NCBI GenBank assembly: GCA_023380475.1
Contig: JAMCRD010000005.1
Location: 16,087 to 80,086, forward strand
Direction: 5' to 3'
Length of the DNA: 64,000 bases
Source of the DNA: Patescibacteria group bacterium
GTDB taxonomy: Bacteria; Patescibacteriota; Minisyncoccia; UBA6257; Colwellbacteraceae
Position numbers and translations under genes: made by a program. Positions 47,168-56,869 of the stretch are shown piece by piece (position 1 is the first letter of the stretch; each line of letters opens with the position of its first letter). The notes under the pieces were generated by a model. That model made no database searches and was not told where the DNA came from. It saw only the letters and a list, made by a program, of their open reading frames with translations.

Positions 47168-48601
47168 ATGATCAAGCTGGAAGAATTAACCATAAAGAAG
47201 TTCCGCGAAGGATTAGCCAAGAAGGAGTTTAGCGCCTCCGAGGTCGCAAGGTTGTTTTTTGACTACATCGAAGTTAAAGATAAAGAGATAGAAGCTTATC
47301 TTTCGCTGAATCGTGATGGAGCTCTTGAAAGAGCTCGCCAGATAGACGCTGCTGTAGCTAGCGGAAAAGAGATACCCTCCTTAGCCGGGGTGCCGATGGC
47401 GATAAAGGATGTCATTCTTATTGAAGGATTACCGGCTACGGCCGCTTCCAAAATATTAGAGAAGTATGTTGCTGCTTACGACGCCGGGGTGATCAAAAAA
47501 CTGAAAGCTGCTGGAGCTTTGTTTTTAGGCAAAACTAACTTGGATGAGTTCGCCATGGGTAGTTCCACTGAGCAGTCGGCTTTCAAAGTTACCAGGAATC
47601 CGCGCGACACTTCCTTGGTCCCGGGTGGTTCTTCGGGTGGCTCAGCGGCAGCGGTAGCTGCCGATATGGCAGTTGCTGCTCTGGGGACAGACACCGGCGG
47701 ATCCGTCCGTCAACCGGCTGCCTTTTGTGGTGTGGTTGGTATGAAACCGACCTACGGGGCAATTTCGCGTTATGGCGTTATTGCGATGGCGTCAAGTCTT
47801 GACCAGGTAGGTACATTCTCTAAAACAGTTGAAGATGCGGCGATCCTGTTTAAAGAAATAGCCGGTCACGATCCTAAAGATGCTACCAGTGCCACTGTGA
47901 CTTACGGCGATGAGTTGGTGAATCCGGACTTTCATAAGATAAGAGAACTGACAGTCGGCGTTCCCGAGGAGTATTTCATTGAAGGGACGGATGCTGAGAT
48001 TATTAGTGCTGTGCAGGGGGTGATGAAGGAGTTTGAAACACTTAAGATAAAGGTTAAAAAGATACACCTTCCTCATACTAAGTACGCTTTATCTGTGTAT
48101 TACATTGTCATGCCGGCGGAAGTCAGCACCAACTTGGCCAGGTATGACGGCATACGCTATGGGGAGCGTGCGAAAAGCGAGAACCTCTTGGACCTATACT
48201 ACCAGGATCGTGGAAACGGACTTGGTTTGGAACCGAAGCGCCGCTCAATTTTGGGTACCTTTGTTCTATCGGCGGGTTATTATGACGCTTACTATGCTAA
48301 AGCCCAGAGAGTGAGAGCGCTAATAAAACAGGATTTCGATGAGGCCTTTCTGGACGTGGACGTTATTCTGACTCCTGTGACTCCAACTCTGCCATTCAAA
48401 TTGGGAGAGAAAGCTTCTGATCCAATGCAGATGTATCTTTCCGATATCTTTACTATTACCCTGAACCTAGCTGGGTTGCCGGGCATATCGATACCGGTGA
48501 AAGGGCGGGGGGATAAGTTACCGATAGGATTCCAGCTTATTGGCAGGCCTTGGCACGAAGCCGATATTTTGGGGTTGGGTAGGTACTATGAGCAAAGTTA
48601 A
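47168..48601 (+). CDS. gatA: Asp/Glu-tRNA amidotransferase subunit A (amidase signature)
   Basis: Amidase signature GGSSGGSAAAVAA, Ser-cisSer-Lys triad context. 477 aa. Confidence 0.9.
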   Translation: MIKLEELTIKKFREGLAKKEFSASEVARLFFDYIEVKDKEIEAYLSLNRDGALERARQIDAAVASGKEIPSLAGVPMAIKDVILIEGLPATAASKILEKYVAAYDAGVIKKLKAAGALFLGKTNLDEFAMGSSTEQSAFKVTRNPRDTSLVPGGSSGGSAAAVAADMAVAALGTDTGGSVRQPAAFCGVVGMKPTYGAISRYGVIAMASSLDQVGTFSKTVEDAAILFKEIAGHDPKDATSATVTYGDELVNPDFHKIRELTVGVPEEYFIEGTDAEIISAVQGVMKEFETLKIKVKKIHLPHTKYALSVYYIVMPAEVSTNLARYDGIRYGERAKSENLLDLYYQDRGNGLGLEPKRRSILGTFVLSAGYYDAYYAKAQRVRALIKQDFDEAFLDVDVILTPVTPTLPFKLGEKASDPMQMYLSDIFTITLNLAGLPGISIPVKGRGDKLPIGFQLIGRPWHEADILGLGRYYEQS

Positions 48602-48602
48602 T

Positions 48603-48628
48603 AAAACCGCCTCTATAGAGGCGGTTTT
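48603..48628. terminator. bidirectional terminator hairpin
   Basis: aaaaccgcctc tata gaggcggtttt: perfect 9-bp stem with flanking A/T tracts. Confidence 0.7.
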
Positions 48629-48636
48629 AAGTTGTG

Positions 48637-48712
48637 CGCAGCCGACGGGATTTGAACCCGTGATCTTCTCCTTGACAAGGAGACATGTTAAACCAGGCTA
48701 CACCACGGCTGC
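48637..48712 (-). tRNA. tRNA-Asp(GTC)
   Basis: Reverse complement: acceptor GCAGCCG/CGGCTGC, anticodon loop TTGTCAA (GTC), T-arm ACGGGTTCAAATCCCGT. Confidence 0.85.
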
Positions 48713-49962
48713 ATTCTTTTGCTTTTTGAAGTATAGCTGCGGAGTAGTTTTTTTACAATCGAGTTGAATTTATTACCTCTATCTTCGTAGTTGTGGAACA
48801 TATCGAAACTCGTAGCTCCAGGAGAGAATACGACAGAGTCACCCTCTTCGGCCTCAGAGATAGCTGATCTTACAGCTTGATCTAGGTTACCGGCGACTAA
48901 CTTCGTTTTAACTGCCGCTTTTGTAGCGTTTTGGATTTTTCTGCGGCATTCGCCGTAGATTATTAATAGCTTAACACTCGACTTTTTAAGAGATTGACCG
49001 ACGGGGCTGAAATCGAGGTTCTTATCTCTGCCACCCATGATGAGAATGGTAGGTTTGGGGGATGCTTTGATCGCGGCAACCGTGGTCATAGGATTAGTCG
49101 AAGCCGAATCGTTATAGAATTTTATGCCCTTGATAGTGCCAATATGCTGCAGTCTGAATGGTAGACCGCGATAACTGCTTATGGTCTTGGAGATTACACC
49201 TTCAGGAATATTTAACTTTTTGGCTACTGTAGCAGCAACTGCAGCGTTGATTAAGTTATGGAACCCGCGGATCTTCATTCTGCTGGCTACAGTTGGAGCT
49301 CCAATCCTGTCTATATTTACTTCTACCTTCTCGCCTCGGCTGATATCGGCGATTCTCTCGGCGTACTTATTTTTAGATACATATATAACCACATCATTTT
49401 TGCTCTGCGACCTAGTTATTTGCGCCTTTGCGTCAATATATTCTTTGAAACTCTTGTGAACGTCCATGTGGTCGGGAAATATGCCTAGCACAACCGCTAT
49501 GTCTGGCGAATGATGTAGACCCTGCAGTTGGAAGCTTGATAACTCTAGTATGGTTACCGAATCGCTATTAAGACGATCAAGAATATCTATTGCTGGCTTG
49601 CCTATATTACCCGCTAGATACGCATCGCATCCCGCGTTTTTTAGGATCTTGTGGATAAGCGTTGAAGTAGTGCCTTTGCCTTTAGTGCCGGTTACGCCGA
49701 TTATCTTGCCATTAGCCTTCTCGAAAAATAGTTCAGTCGCGCTGGAGATTTTGACTCCTTTCTTAATCGCTCGCTGTATCTCTGGGAGGTTGTAGGGTAC
49801 GCCGGGGGAGCGATAGATAATGTCAAACTGGTCTAGGTTTTTAAGGTAATTTGGGTTTGATTCGCGGTCGAGAATCGTGATATCGGATTTGTGTTCGTGA
49901 CGACTTAAACACCTGTAAAGAGATCGTCCCTCGCGGCCTAATCCTAAGATAGCTATTCTCAT
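48688..49962 (-). CDS. murD: UDP-N-acetylmuramoyl-L-alanine--D-glutamate ligase
   Basis: MRIAILGLGREGRS start, Mur ligase P-loop GVTGTKGKGTTS. The 3' end overlaps tRNA-Asp by 25 nt on the same strand. Start placed at 49962. Confidence 0.85.
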   Translation of the reverse strand: MRIAILGLGREGRSLYRCLSRHEHKSDITILDRESNPNYLKNLDQFDIIYRSPGVPYNLPEIQRAIKKGVKISSATELFFEKANGKIIGVTGTKGKGTTSTLIHKILKNAGCDAYLAGNIGKPAIDILDRLNSDSVTILELSSFQLQGLHHSPDIAVVLGIFPDHMDVHKSFKEYIDAKAQITRSQSKNDVVIYVSKNKYAERIADISRGEKVEVNIDRIGAPTVASRMKIRGFHNLINAAVAATVAKKLNIPEGVISKTISSYRGLPFRLQHIGTIKGIKFYNDSASTNPMTTVAAIKASPKPTILIMGGRDKNLDFSPVGQSLKKSSVKLLIIYGECRRKIQNATKAAVKTKLVAGNLDQAVRSAISEAEEGDSVVFSPGATSFDMFHNYEDRGNKFNSIVKKLLRSYTSKSKRMQPWCSLV

Positions 49963-50040
49963 TGTTCTCAATCTACCACGTGTGATAGATACTTGCATTA
50001 AGTATTAGAAATAAAGCAAAATTTAACTGCTCAATATAAA

Positions 50041-50111
50041 GCCGGTGTAGCTTAATGGTAAAGCAGAGCCCTCATAAAGCTCGGAAGGAGGTCCGATTCC
50101 TCCCATCGGCA
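50041..50111 (+). tRNA. tRNA-Met(CAT), elongator type
   Basis: Acceptor GCCGGTG/CATCGGC (1-72 paired), anticodon loop CTCATAA, T-arm GGAGGTCCGATTCCTCC. Confidence 0.75.
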
Positions 50112-50133
50112 CTATAAATAATCAGATAAGTTG

Positions 50134-50204
50134 TTGCGGGGGCGGGAGTCGAACCCACTCCTGAAGCTTATGGGGCTTCCGAGGTACCGTTCCTCTACCC
50201 CGCG
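50134..50204 (-). tRNA. tRNA-fMet(CAT), initiator type
   Basis: The reverse complement begins CGCGGGGTAGAGG and ends CCCCGCAAC, like E. coli tRNA-fMet. C1:A72 mismatch and A11:U24 present. Anticodon loop CCCATAA (C33). Lacks the 3 G-C pairs in the anticodon stem. Confidence 0.7.
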
Positions 50205-50294
50205 GTGCTTTTATTTTCCGCGAGCGACTCAATATTAGGTCGCAAGGCGTGCGTTGTCAAAGATGTATATATTTTATAATATATTTAAGTCGCA

Positions 50295-51461
50295 ATGGAT
50301 TCTATCTACTCGGACCCGCGTTTAGGTAAAAGTGAGTTCAAGATATCGCTAAAGGAGCAAAGCGAGGTTTTAGACAAGCTGAATGGTCGTACTGATGCTG
50401 AAGCGGCGCGCATCAAGCGCTATCTTGCTATGCCGGATCTTTCACGAACCAAGGAAAGTCCCCTTTACGAGATTGTTCAAAACGTTAGGACTCTGCCAGT
50501 TATTAAGAATTTCGACAATATTATTATCCCAGAGATTATCCAAACCAACCTTCTCTTCGATCTTTTTGATTTTGCGCCGGACCATCCAGCTAGGAGTAGA
50601 TCGGATACCTATTATGTTGATGATAAAAATGTTCTGCGCCCGCATGACACAGTCATGTGGTATTACTATCTAAATCTGCCGGAAATAAAGGTAAAGGTGG
50701 CGCGCCGAGAACCGCTTGGCGTCATCTGCTATGGCAAGGTTTATAGGAAGGACGAGATTGACAGCCAACACATGAATATCTTCCATCAGTTTGGGGGGTT
50801 GTATATCTGTCCAGATGAAATGATGGTTCTTAAGATAGATGAACTGAAAGATATCCTTGGGCAAATAGTTAAGGGTCTATTTGGCTCAGATGTGAAGTAT
50901 CGTTTTTTGGAAGACGCCTTCCCGTATACAGACCCATCGCTCCAAGTCGAGGTTGAAGTGAATGGCCAGTGGATTGAGATACTGGGTGGGGGGATGCCCA
51001 AGAAGAGTGTTATGAAAAACTTTGGCGTTGAGGGTTATAACGGCTGGGCTTTTGGTTTCGGGCTCGAGCGTCTCGCCATAATTAGCATGGAACTGCCGGA
51101 CATCCGTCTTCTTTGGTCGGAAGATCCGCGCGTCAAAGAGCAACTGCATATGGGGCATAAATTCGTTGAGGTTAGTAAGTATCCACCCGTTATTCGCGAT
51201 ATCTCCTTTGTTGTAGACAAGAAATTCGCCCCGAACGACTATTTTGATCTAGTGCGCGATATAGCTGGCAATCTAGTCGAACGGGTTGGGCTGCTGGATG
51301 AATATGAGAATGACGAGAGGTTTGGAAAGGACAAAAAAAGCTATGCTTACAGGGTCATATATCGCAGCAGCGACCGCACCCTCACCAACGACGAGGTGGA
51401 TGTTTTGCACCACAATCTGGAGAGAAGAACCGCTGGAGAATTCAGGGCAACGATCCGCTAG
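50295..51461 (+). CDS. pheS: phenylalanyl-tRNA synthetase alpha subunit
   Basis: Class II core motifs including GFGLERLAII and the FPYTDPS region. Confidence 0.85.
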   Translation: MDSIYSDPRLGKSEFKISLKEQSEVLDKLNGRTDAEAARIKRYLAMPDLSRTKESPLYEIVQNVRTLPVIKNFDNIIIPEIIQTNLLFDLFDFAPDHPARSRSDTYYVDDKNVLRPHDTVMWYYYLNLPEIKVKVARREPLGVICYGKVYRKDEIDSQHMNIFHQFGGLYICPDEMMVLKIDELKDILGQIVKGLFGSDVKYRFLEDAFPYTDPSLQVEVEVNGQWIEILGGGMPKKSVMKNFGVEGYNGWAFGFGLERLAIISMELPDIRLLWSEDPRVKEQLHMGHKFVEVSKYPPVIRDISFVVDKKFAPNDYFDLVRDIAGNLVERVGLLDEYENDERFGKDKKSYAYRVIYRSSDRTLTNDEVDVLHHNLERRTAGEFRATIR

Positions 51462-51594
51462 GAAGAACGTTGTCATTATCTAAAATAACCCAGTATTTAA
51501 GCCCTGTTTTAGACTCGTAAGTTCGTCAAGACTGCCTTGTTTTTGGCTCTGTTAAGAGGTATCATTTAGTAGCCCTGAGGAAAGGCTTTTTTAT

Positions 51595-54500
51595 ATGCCA
51601 AAAGATTCTAAAGATTCATACACAGCCAAAAATATCGAAGTTCTAGAAGGCTTGGAACCGGTCAGAAAACGCCCCGGTATGTATATCGGGTCTACTGGAC
51701 CTGATGGTTTGCACCATTTGATATGGGAGTTGATCAATAACTCAATTGATGAAGCCTTGGCTGGTTTTGCTAAAAAGGTGGATGTGGTTTTGCTACCGGA
51801 TGGCAAGAGCGTCCGGGTGAGCGATGACGGTCGTGGCATTCCGGTAGATATACATCCTCACACTAAGAAGTCAGCCCTGGAAACAGTGATGACAACTCTT
51901 CACGCCGGAGGAAAATTCAGCGGAGGGTCGTATAAGGTCTCGGGAGGTCTACATGGCGTCGGGGCATCGGTAGTCAATGCTTTATCGACGGAGATGAAAG
52001 TTGAGGTCTGCCGCGACGGCAAACGGTATGTCCAAGAATATGTTCGTGGGGTGCCGAAACAAAAGGTTAGAGAAGATGGCAAATGTACTCAGAACGGCAC
52101 AATCTCCACTTTTACCCCGGATACCGAGATATTCAAAGAGATAAGTTTCGATCGCAAGAGAATATTGGAATATCTGAGAGAGCAGGCTTTTTTGACCAAA
52201 GGCGTAAGAATAAACTTTTCGGATCTAAGATCGGACGTGCCGTTCTATTACAGCTTTTGTTTTGAGGGTGGCATAAGGTCGTTCTTGGATTACGTCAATT
52301 CCGATGGCGATAAGCCCATCCAAGACCATGTGTTCTATATCGAAAAGGAAAACGAGGGGATAGCGGTGGAGATAGCTCTTTGCTATACCGATGGTGTAGA
52401 AATAAACGAACTAGCTTTTGCTAACAACATTCAAAATCCAGAAGGCGGCATGCACCTAACCGGTTTCAAGACCGCACTTACTCGAGCTTTGAACGATTAC
52501 GCTAGGAGCAACAGCTATCTTAAAGAGAAAGAGGACAATCTGACAGGAGAAGATGTTCAAGAAGGTTTGAGCGCCATAGTCTCGATTAAACTAACCAACC
52601 CTCAATTTGAGGGACAAACCAAAGCTAAGTTAGGTAACCCGGAGGCTAGAACGGCTGTGGACACGGTGATGAGCAATGGATTCCGAGATTTCTTGGAGAA
52701 GTATAAGAACGACGCTGATCACATTATGGCCAAGTGTCTCTTGGCCGCTAAGGCGCGCAAGGCAGCTAAAGCTGCTAAAGAAACAATCCTGCGCAAGGGA
52801 GCCCTGGAAGGATTAACCCTCCCAGGTAAATTGGCCGATTGCCAATCGCGTAAAGCGGAAGACTCGGAGTTGTTTATTGTGGAAGGGGATTCAGCCGGCG
52901 GTTGTTTTTCGGGGGACACAAAAGTAGCACTCACGGATGGCAGGAATCTTTCGTTTAAAGAGCTTGTTGCTGAGGAACAAGCTGGGAAGAGGAACTACAC
53001 CTATGCCATAAGTGGTAGCGGCAATATTGCGGTTGCGCCAATACTTAATCCGCGGGTGACGAAGCAGGACGCGGAAGTTATCCGCGTGACGCTCGATAAT
53101 GGTGAAATGATTACGTGCACACCAGATCATAAGTTTATGTTGCGTGACGGATCGTACCGCGAGGTACAGAACCTCAAGAGTGGAGATTCTTTGATGCCAC
53201 TCTATCGTCGGCTTTCAAAGCGCGGCGGTAGTATTACGATCGAGGGCTATGAGATGGTATATCAGCCCAAGCGGAATTTCTGGGAATTTACCCATATCCT
53301 AGCGGATCGCCATAACATTGAGCGGGGGATATATTCTGAATCAAGTGGGATACAACGCCACCACCTTGATTTCAATAAACTAAACAACAATCCTAACAAT
53401 CTTGTCCGTGTAAGCAATGAGCAGCATTTTGCCATTCACCATGATAATTTGAAAAAAACCATTCATCGTGCTGACGTCGTCCAGAAGATTCGCGAGCTGC
53501 ATAAAACAGATGCATTTCGAAAGAAGATGAGTACCATCATGTCCGCACCTGCCATACGTGCCGGACTTTCGAAACGTGCGAAGAGGCAATGGGAAGACCC
53601 AACGTATAAAAAGTATATGGTTGGAAAGTTCCAGGAGTTTTACCACAAAAATCCAGTCTACCGGGCTGCGAACAATACCTTACTAGATCGTAACCAGAAA
53701 GAGTATTGGAGCAATCCGGAAAATGTGCGGCGACAAGCAGAACATGTCCAGCTTTACTTTGCGAAATACCCAGAGAGGAGAGAATTGTTATCCGCGCTTG
53801 CAAGGAAACAGTGGGACAATCTCGCGTTGCGTTCATGGCGAGCAGACGTTACTCGAGCACAGTGGACGGATGCATTTCGTACAAAACGGAGAGCCTCCTA
53901 CAACAAGACCTATCTTCTGAAAGCGTTAGCGGTTCTTCATGATATTCACGCAAGAAACGGCACAATCGACGCCAATGCCTATGAATCTGTTAGACGCGTA
54001 ACCAATGATAAGAGCTTGCTTCGTTGGGATACACTTGCCGGACGCTTCTTTGGTGGTCATCAAGAGACACTAATGGATGCTGCTGTACATTTCAACCACC
54101 GCGTGGTTTCTGTGGAGCACTTGGCGGAGCGGATGAATGTGTATGATATTGAAATTCCAGAGATACACAATTTTGCACTCGCGGGTGGAGTATTCGTCCA
54201 CAACAGTGCGAAGATGGCGCGAGACAGACGTACTCAGGCCATCCTGCCGTTACGCGGCAAGATACTGAACGTTGAGAAGTCACGCCTGGATAAAATGCTG
54301 GCCAACAAGGAGATCACGGCCTTGATTGTCGCTTTGGGTACCGCGGTTGCCGAAGACTTCGACATATCCAAGCTGCGCTACCATAAGATTATATTAATGA
54401 CCGATGCCGATGTGGATGGTGCCCACATTCGTACCTTGCTACTCAGCCTTTTCTACCGTCATTTTCCAAAGGTTGTAGAAGGTGGTTATTTATATATAGC

Positions 54501-54816
54501 TCAGCCCCCTTTGTATCGGGTTCAAACGGGTAAGACCATATCCTATGCCTGGACCGACGAACAGAAGGACAAGCTGGTTAACGCCAGTAAGGTTTCCAAC
54601 CCCAACGTCCAGCGTTACAAAGGTTTGGGAGAAATGAATCCAGATCAACTTTCAGAAACGACCATGCATCCGGACAACCGTATTTTGTTGAAGGTGACCA
54701 TCGATGATGCGAGGGAAGCGGACCACATGTTCGACGTTTTGATGGGCACCGACGTCATGCCTCGTAAGCATTTCATAATGACCCAGGGTCACCTCGTATC
54801 CAACCTTGATTTATAG
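51595..54816 (+). CDS. gyrB: DNA gyrase subunit B, interrupted in-frame by a 434-aa intein
   Basis: GHKL ATPase N-terminus (LEPVRKRPGMYIGST, ELINNSIDEA), Toprim EGDSAGG...SAKMARDRR split by the insert, C-terminal YKGLGEMNP. Exteins total 639 aa. Confidence 0.95.
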   Translation: MPKDSKDSYTAKNIEVLEGLEPVRKRPGMYIGSTGPDGLHHLIWELINNSIDEALAGFAKKVDVVLLPDGKSVRVSDDGRGIPVDIHPHTKKSALETVMTTLHAGGKFSGGSYKVSGGLHGVGASVVNALSTEMKVEVCRDGKRYVQEYVRGVPKQKVREDGKCTQNGTISTFTPDTEIFKEISFDRKRILEYLREQAFLTKGVRINFSDLRSDVPFYYSFCFEGGIRSFLDYVNSDGDKPIQDHVFYIEKENEGIAVEIALCYTDGVEINELAFANNIQNPEGGMHLTGFKTALTRALNDYARSNSYLKEKEDNLTGEDVQEGLSAIVSIKLTNPQFEGQTKAKLGNPEARTAVDTVMSNGFRDFLEKYKNDADHIMAKCLLAAKARKAAKAAKETILRKGALEGLTLPGKLADCQSRKAEDSELFIVEGDSAGGCFSGDTKVALTDGRNLSFKELVAEEQAGKRNYTYAISGSGNIAVAPILNPRVTKQDAEVIRVTLDNGEMITCTPDHKFMLRDGSYREVQNLKSGDSLMPLYRRLSKRGGSITIEGYEMVYQPKRNFWEFTHILADRHNIERGIYSESSGIQRHHLDFNKLNNNPNNLVRVSNEQHFAIHHDNLKKTIHRADVVQKIRELHKTDAFRKKMSTIMSAPAIRAGLSKRAKRQWEDPTYKKYMVGKFQEFYHKNPVYRAANNTLLDRNQKEYWSNPENVRRQAEHVQLYFAKYPERRELLSALARKQWDNLALRSWRADVTRAQWTDAFRTKRRASYNKTYLLKALAVLHDIHARNGTIDANAYESVRRVTNDKSLLRWDTLAGRFFGGHQETLMDAAVHFNHRVVSVEHLAERMNVYDIEIPEIHNFALAGGVFVHNSAKMARDRRTQAILPLRGKILNVEKSRLDKMLANKEITALIVALGTAVAEDFDISKLRYHKIILMTDADVDGAHIRTLLLSLFYRHFPKVVEGGYLYIAQPPLYRVQTGKTISYAWTDEQKDKLVNASKVSNPNVQRYKGLGEMNPDQLSETTMHPDNRILLKVTIDDAREADHMFDVLMGTDVMPRKHFIMTQGHLVSNLDL
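52903..54204 (+). mobile_element. intein (Hint domain + HNH homing-endonuclease domain) inserted in gyrB at EGDSAGG|SAK
   Basis: Cys1 block A CFSGDTKVALTDG, block B TCTPDHKFM, HNH motif HHLDFNKLNNNPNNLVRVSNEQHFAIHH, block G VYDIEIPEIHNFALAGGVFVHN followed by Ser+1. 1302 nt, in frame. Confidence 0.85.
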
Positions 54817-54863
54817 GCCCTATTTGAGATACTGTTTTAAAGCTTCGATTCTATAAATCAAAT

Positions 54864-55049
54864 ATGTTTCAGCGCATAAATTCGTTTTTGAAGGAATCTA
54901 GGCAGGAATTCCAGCATGTGAATTGGCCTACCAGAAAAGAAACCATTCGCTTGGTCGCGATTGTGATTGGCATGTCCCTCGTTGTCGCGGCTTTCCTAGG
55001 AGCTGTCGATTACTTCTTTTTGTACCTATTAGGGCGTTTAGTTTCATAA
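54864..55049 (+). CDS. secE: preprotein translocase subunit SecE
   Basis: ESRQEFQHVNWPTRKETIRLVAIVIGMSLVVAAFLGAVDYFF: single TM with the conserved SecE core. Precedes nusG. Confidence 0.7.
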   Translation: MFQRINSFLKESRQEFQHVNWPTRKETIRLVAIVIGMSLVVAAFLGAVDYFFLYLLGRLVS

Positions 55050-55055
55050 AGTAGC

Positions 55056-55625
55056 ATGGCAACTAAGAAGAAAGTTTTGGAAGAAGCTGGTAAACAGGGT
55101 TTACGACAATGGTACGCCGTGCATACCTATGCCGGCTATGAGGACGCGGTGGCACGCTACCTTAAGCAGCGTGTTGAATCCTTGGGAGTTGAAGACAAGA
55201 TTTTTAAAGTAATTGTGCCTAAGGAAAAGAAGATCAGGGTTAAAAACGGCAAGCGTACGACTGTGGAAGAAAAAATCTATCCCGGATATGTGTTGGTAGA
55301 GATGATTTTGGATGAAGGTTCGTGGTACGTCGTCCGTAACACCCCCAGAGTCACCGGTTTCGTGGGTGCAGATCCGACCAAGCCAACGCCGCTTTCTTAT
55401 GAAGAGGTTGAGTCGCTGATTACAAGAATGGGGGCCAGCGAACCAAAGTTTAAAGTTGATTTGCGAGTAGGAGATCTGGTCAGGATAACCGATGGGCCGT
55501 TCAGGGATTACGACGGTCGGGTATCCGAGGTCGACGAAGAACGAGGGAGAGTCAAAGTAATGGTCCCAGTGTTCGGCCGCGACACGGCAGTGGAGTTGGA
55601 CTCACTACAGATAAAGAAAATTTAA
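55056..55625 (+). CDS. nusG: transcription termination/antitermination factor NusG
   Basis: NGN domain (WYAVHTYAGYE) and KOW motif (GDLVRITDGPFRDYDGRVSEVD). Confidence 0.9.
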   Translation: MATKKKVLEEAGKQGLRQWYAVHTYAGYEDAVARYLKQRVESLGVEDKIFKVIVPKEKKIRVKNGKRTTVEEKIYPGYVLVEMILDEGSWYVVRNTPRVTGFVGADPTKPTPLSYEEVESLITRMGASEPKFKVDLRVGDLVRITDGPFRDYDGRVSEVDEERGRVKVMVPVFGRDTAVELDSLQIKKI

Positions 55626-55678
55626 ACTTTGCAATTTGAATCAATCTTTTATAGGATTGGTAAGTTAAATTTGAGGAT

Positions 55679-56104
55679 ATGGCTACTAAGAAAGTAAAAA
55701 CAGTATTAAAGCTACAGATAGCCGCAGGGAAGGCGAACCCCGCTCCGCCAATCGGCCCGGCTTTGGGGCAACACGGTGTCAATATTCAGGAGTTCTGCGT
55801 TAAGTTTAATGACGCCACTAAGGATATGGGTAACGATATTATCCCGGCTGAGATAACAATCTACGAGGATCGTACTTTTACCTTTAAGCTCAAAACTCCT
55901 CCAGCCTCCGATCTTATCAGAAAGGCCGCTGGTATCGAGAAAGGTTCGGCCGTGCCCCACAAACAGAAAGTCGGCAGTATTACCAAGGTTGACCTGCGTA
56001 AGATCGCTGAAAGGAAAATGAGCGATCTGAACGCGAATGATATTGAAGCGGCTGAGAAGATTATAGCGGGTACAGCCCGCTCCATGGGGGTAGATATAGT
56101 CTAG
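55679..56104 (+). CDS. rplK: 50S ribosomal protein L11
   Basis: [35 protein letters not shown] is essentially the uL11 consensus. Followed by a hairpin at about 56134-56167. Confidence 0.95.
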   Translation: MATKKVKTVLKLQIAAGKANPAPPIGPALGQHGVNIQEFCVKFNDATKDMGNDIIPAEITIYEDRTFTFKLKTPPASDLIRKAAGIEKGSAVPHKQKVGSITKVDLRKIAERKMSDLNANDIEAAEKIIAGTARSMGVDIV

Positions 56105-56188
56105 TAGAACCGTAGGGTTCCTGAATATCAAATATCAGCCCCAGCCCATATAGCCGGGGCTGATTTAATGCCTTATAATTCACTTGCC

Positions 56189-56869
56189 ATGACTAAAGGC
56201 AGATTTTTTGCGATAGAGGGTACGGACGGGTCAGGCAAGAGTGAGCAGATTCTGCGGCTGGTAGATCGCCTGAAGAAAGAAAACTATCCGGTCAGCTCTT
56301 TCGATTTTCCCAGATATAGTGAGCCCTCTGCTTGGTTTGCCAGCCAGTATCTCCAGGGTGGTTTCGGTGCGATGGAAGAGATTAATCCCAAAACAGCCTC
56401 GTTGTTTTATGCTCTAGATAGATACGCCGCTGCGCCCCAAATCCGTGCCGCACTAGCGGCCGGCAGGATAGTCGTGTCTGATCGCTATGTGGCCTCCAAT
56501 CTGGCTCATCAAGGATCGAGAGTAGGAGATGGTAAGGAGCGCCAAAAATATTTCCAGTGGGATTATGAGTTGGAATATGATATCAATTGCATTCCCAAGC
56601 CTGACCTCAATATAATCTTACATGTGCCGGCGGAGGTGGCTGCACAGCTAATCGCTGAACGCAATCGCCGGAGCGGTAAGAGAAAGGATCTGCACGAGTC
56701 AGATCTACCATATCTCAAGCGTACCGAGGAGGCTTACCAACGGGTAGCTCTATCGTTCCCCAGAGACTTTGTCGTTGTGGAATGCGTTGAAGACAGTCAC
56801 TTAATGGGAGTCGATGACATTCACGAGAAAATTTGGGAAATAGTAAAATCGAATTTGAGTAAACAATAA
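56189..56869 (+). CDS. tmk: thymidylate kinase
   Basis: P-loop FFAIEGTDGSGKS, DRY motif (SDRYVASNLAHQ), LID region. Start placed at MTKGRFFA (56189). Confidence 0.85.
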   Translation: MTKGRFFAIEGTDGSGKSEQILRLVDRLKKENYPVSSFDFPRYSEPSAWFASQYLQGGFGAMEEINPKTASLFYALDRYAAAPQIRAALAAGRIVVSDRYVASNLAHQGSRVGDGKERQKYFQWDYELEYDINCIPKPDLNIILHVPAEVAAQLIAERNRRSGKRKDLHESDLPYLKRTEEAYQRVALSFPRDFVVVECVEDSHLMGVDDIHEKIWEIVKSNLSKQ

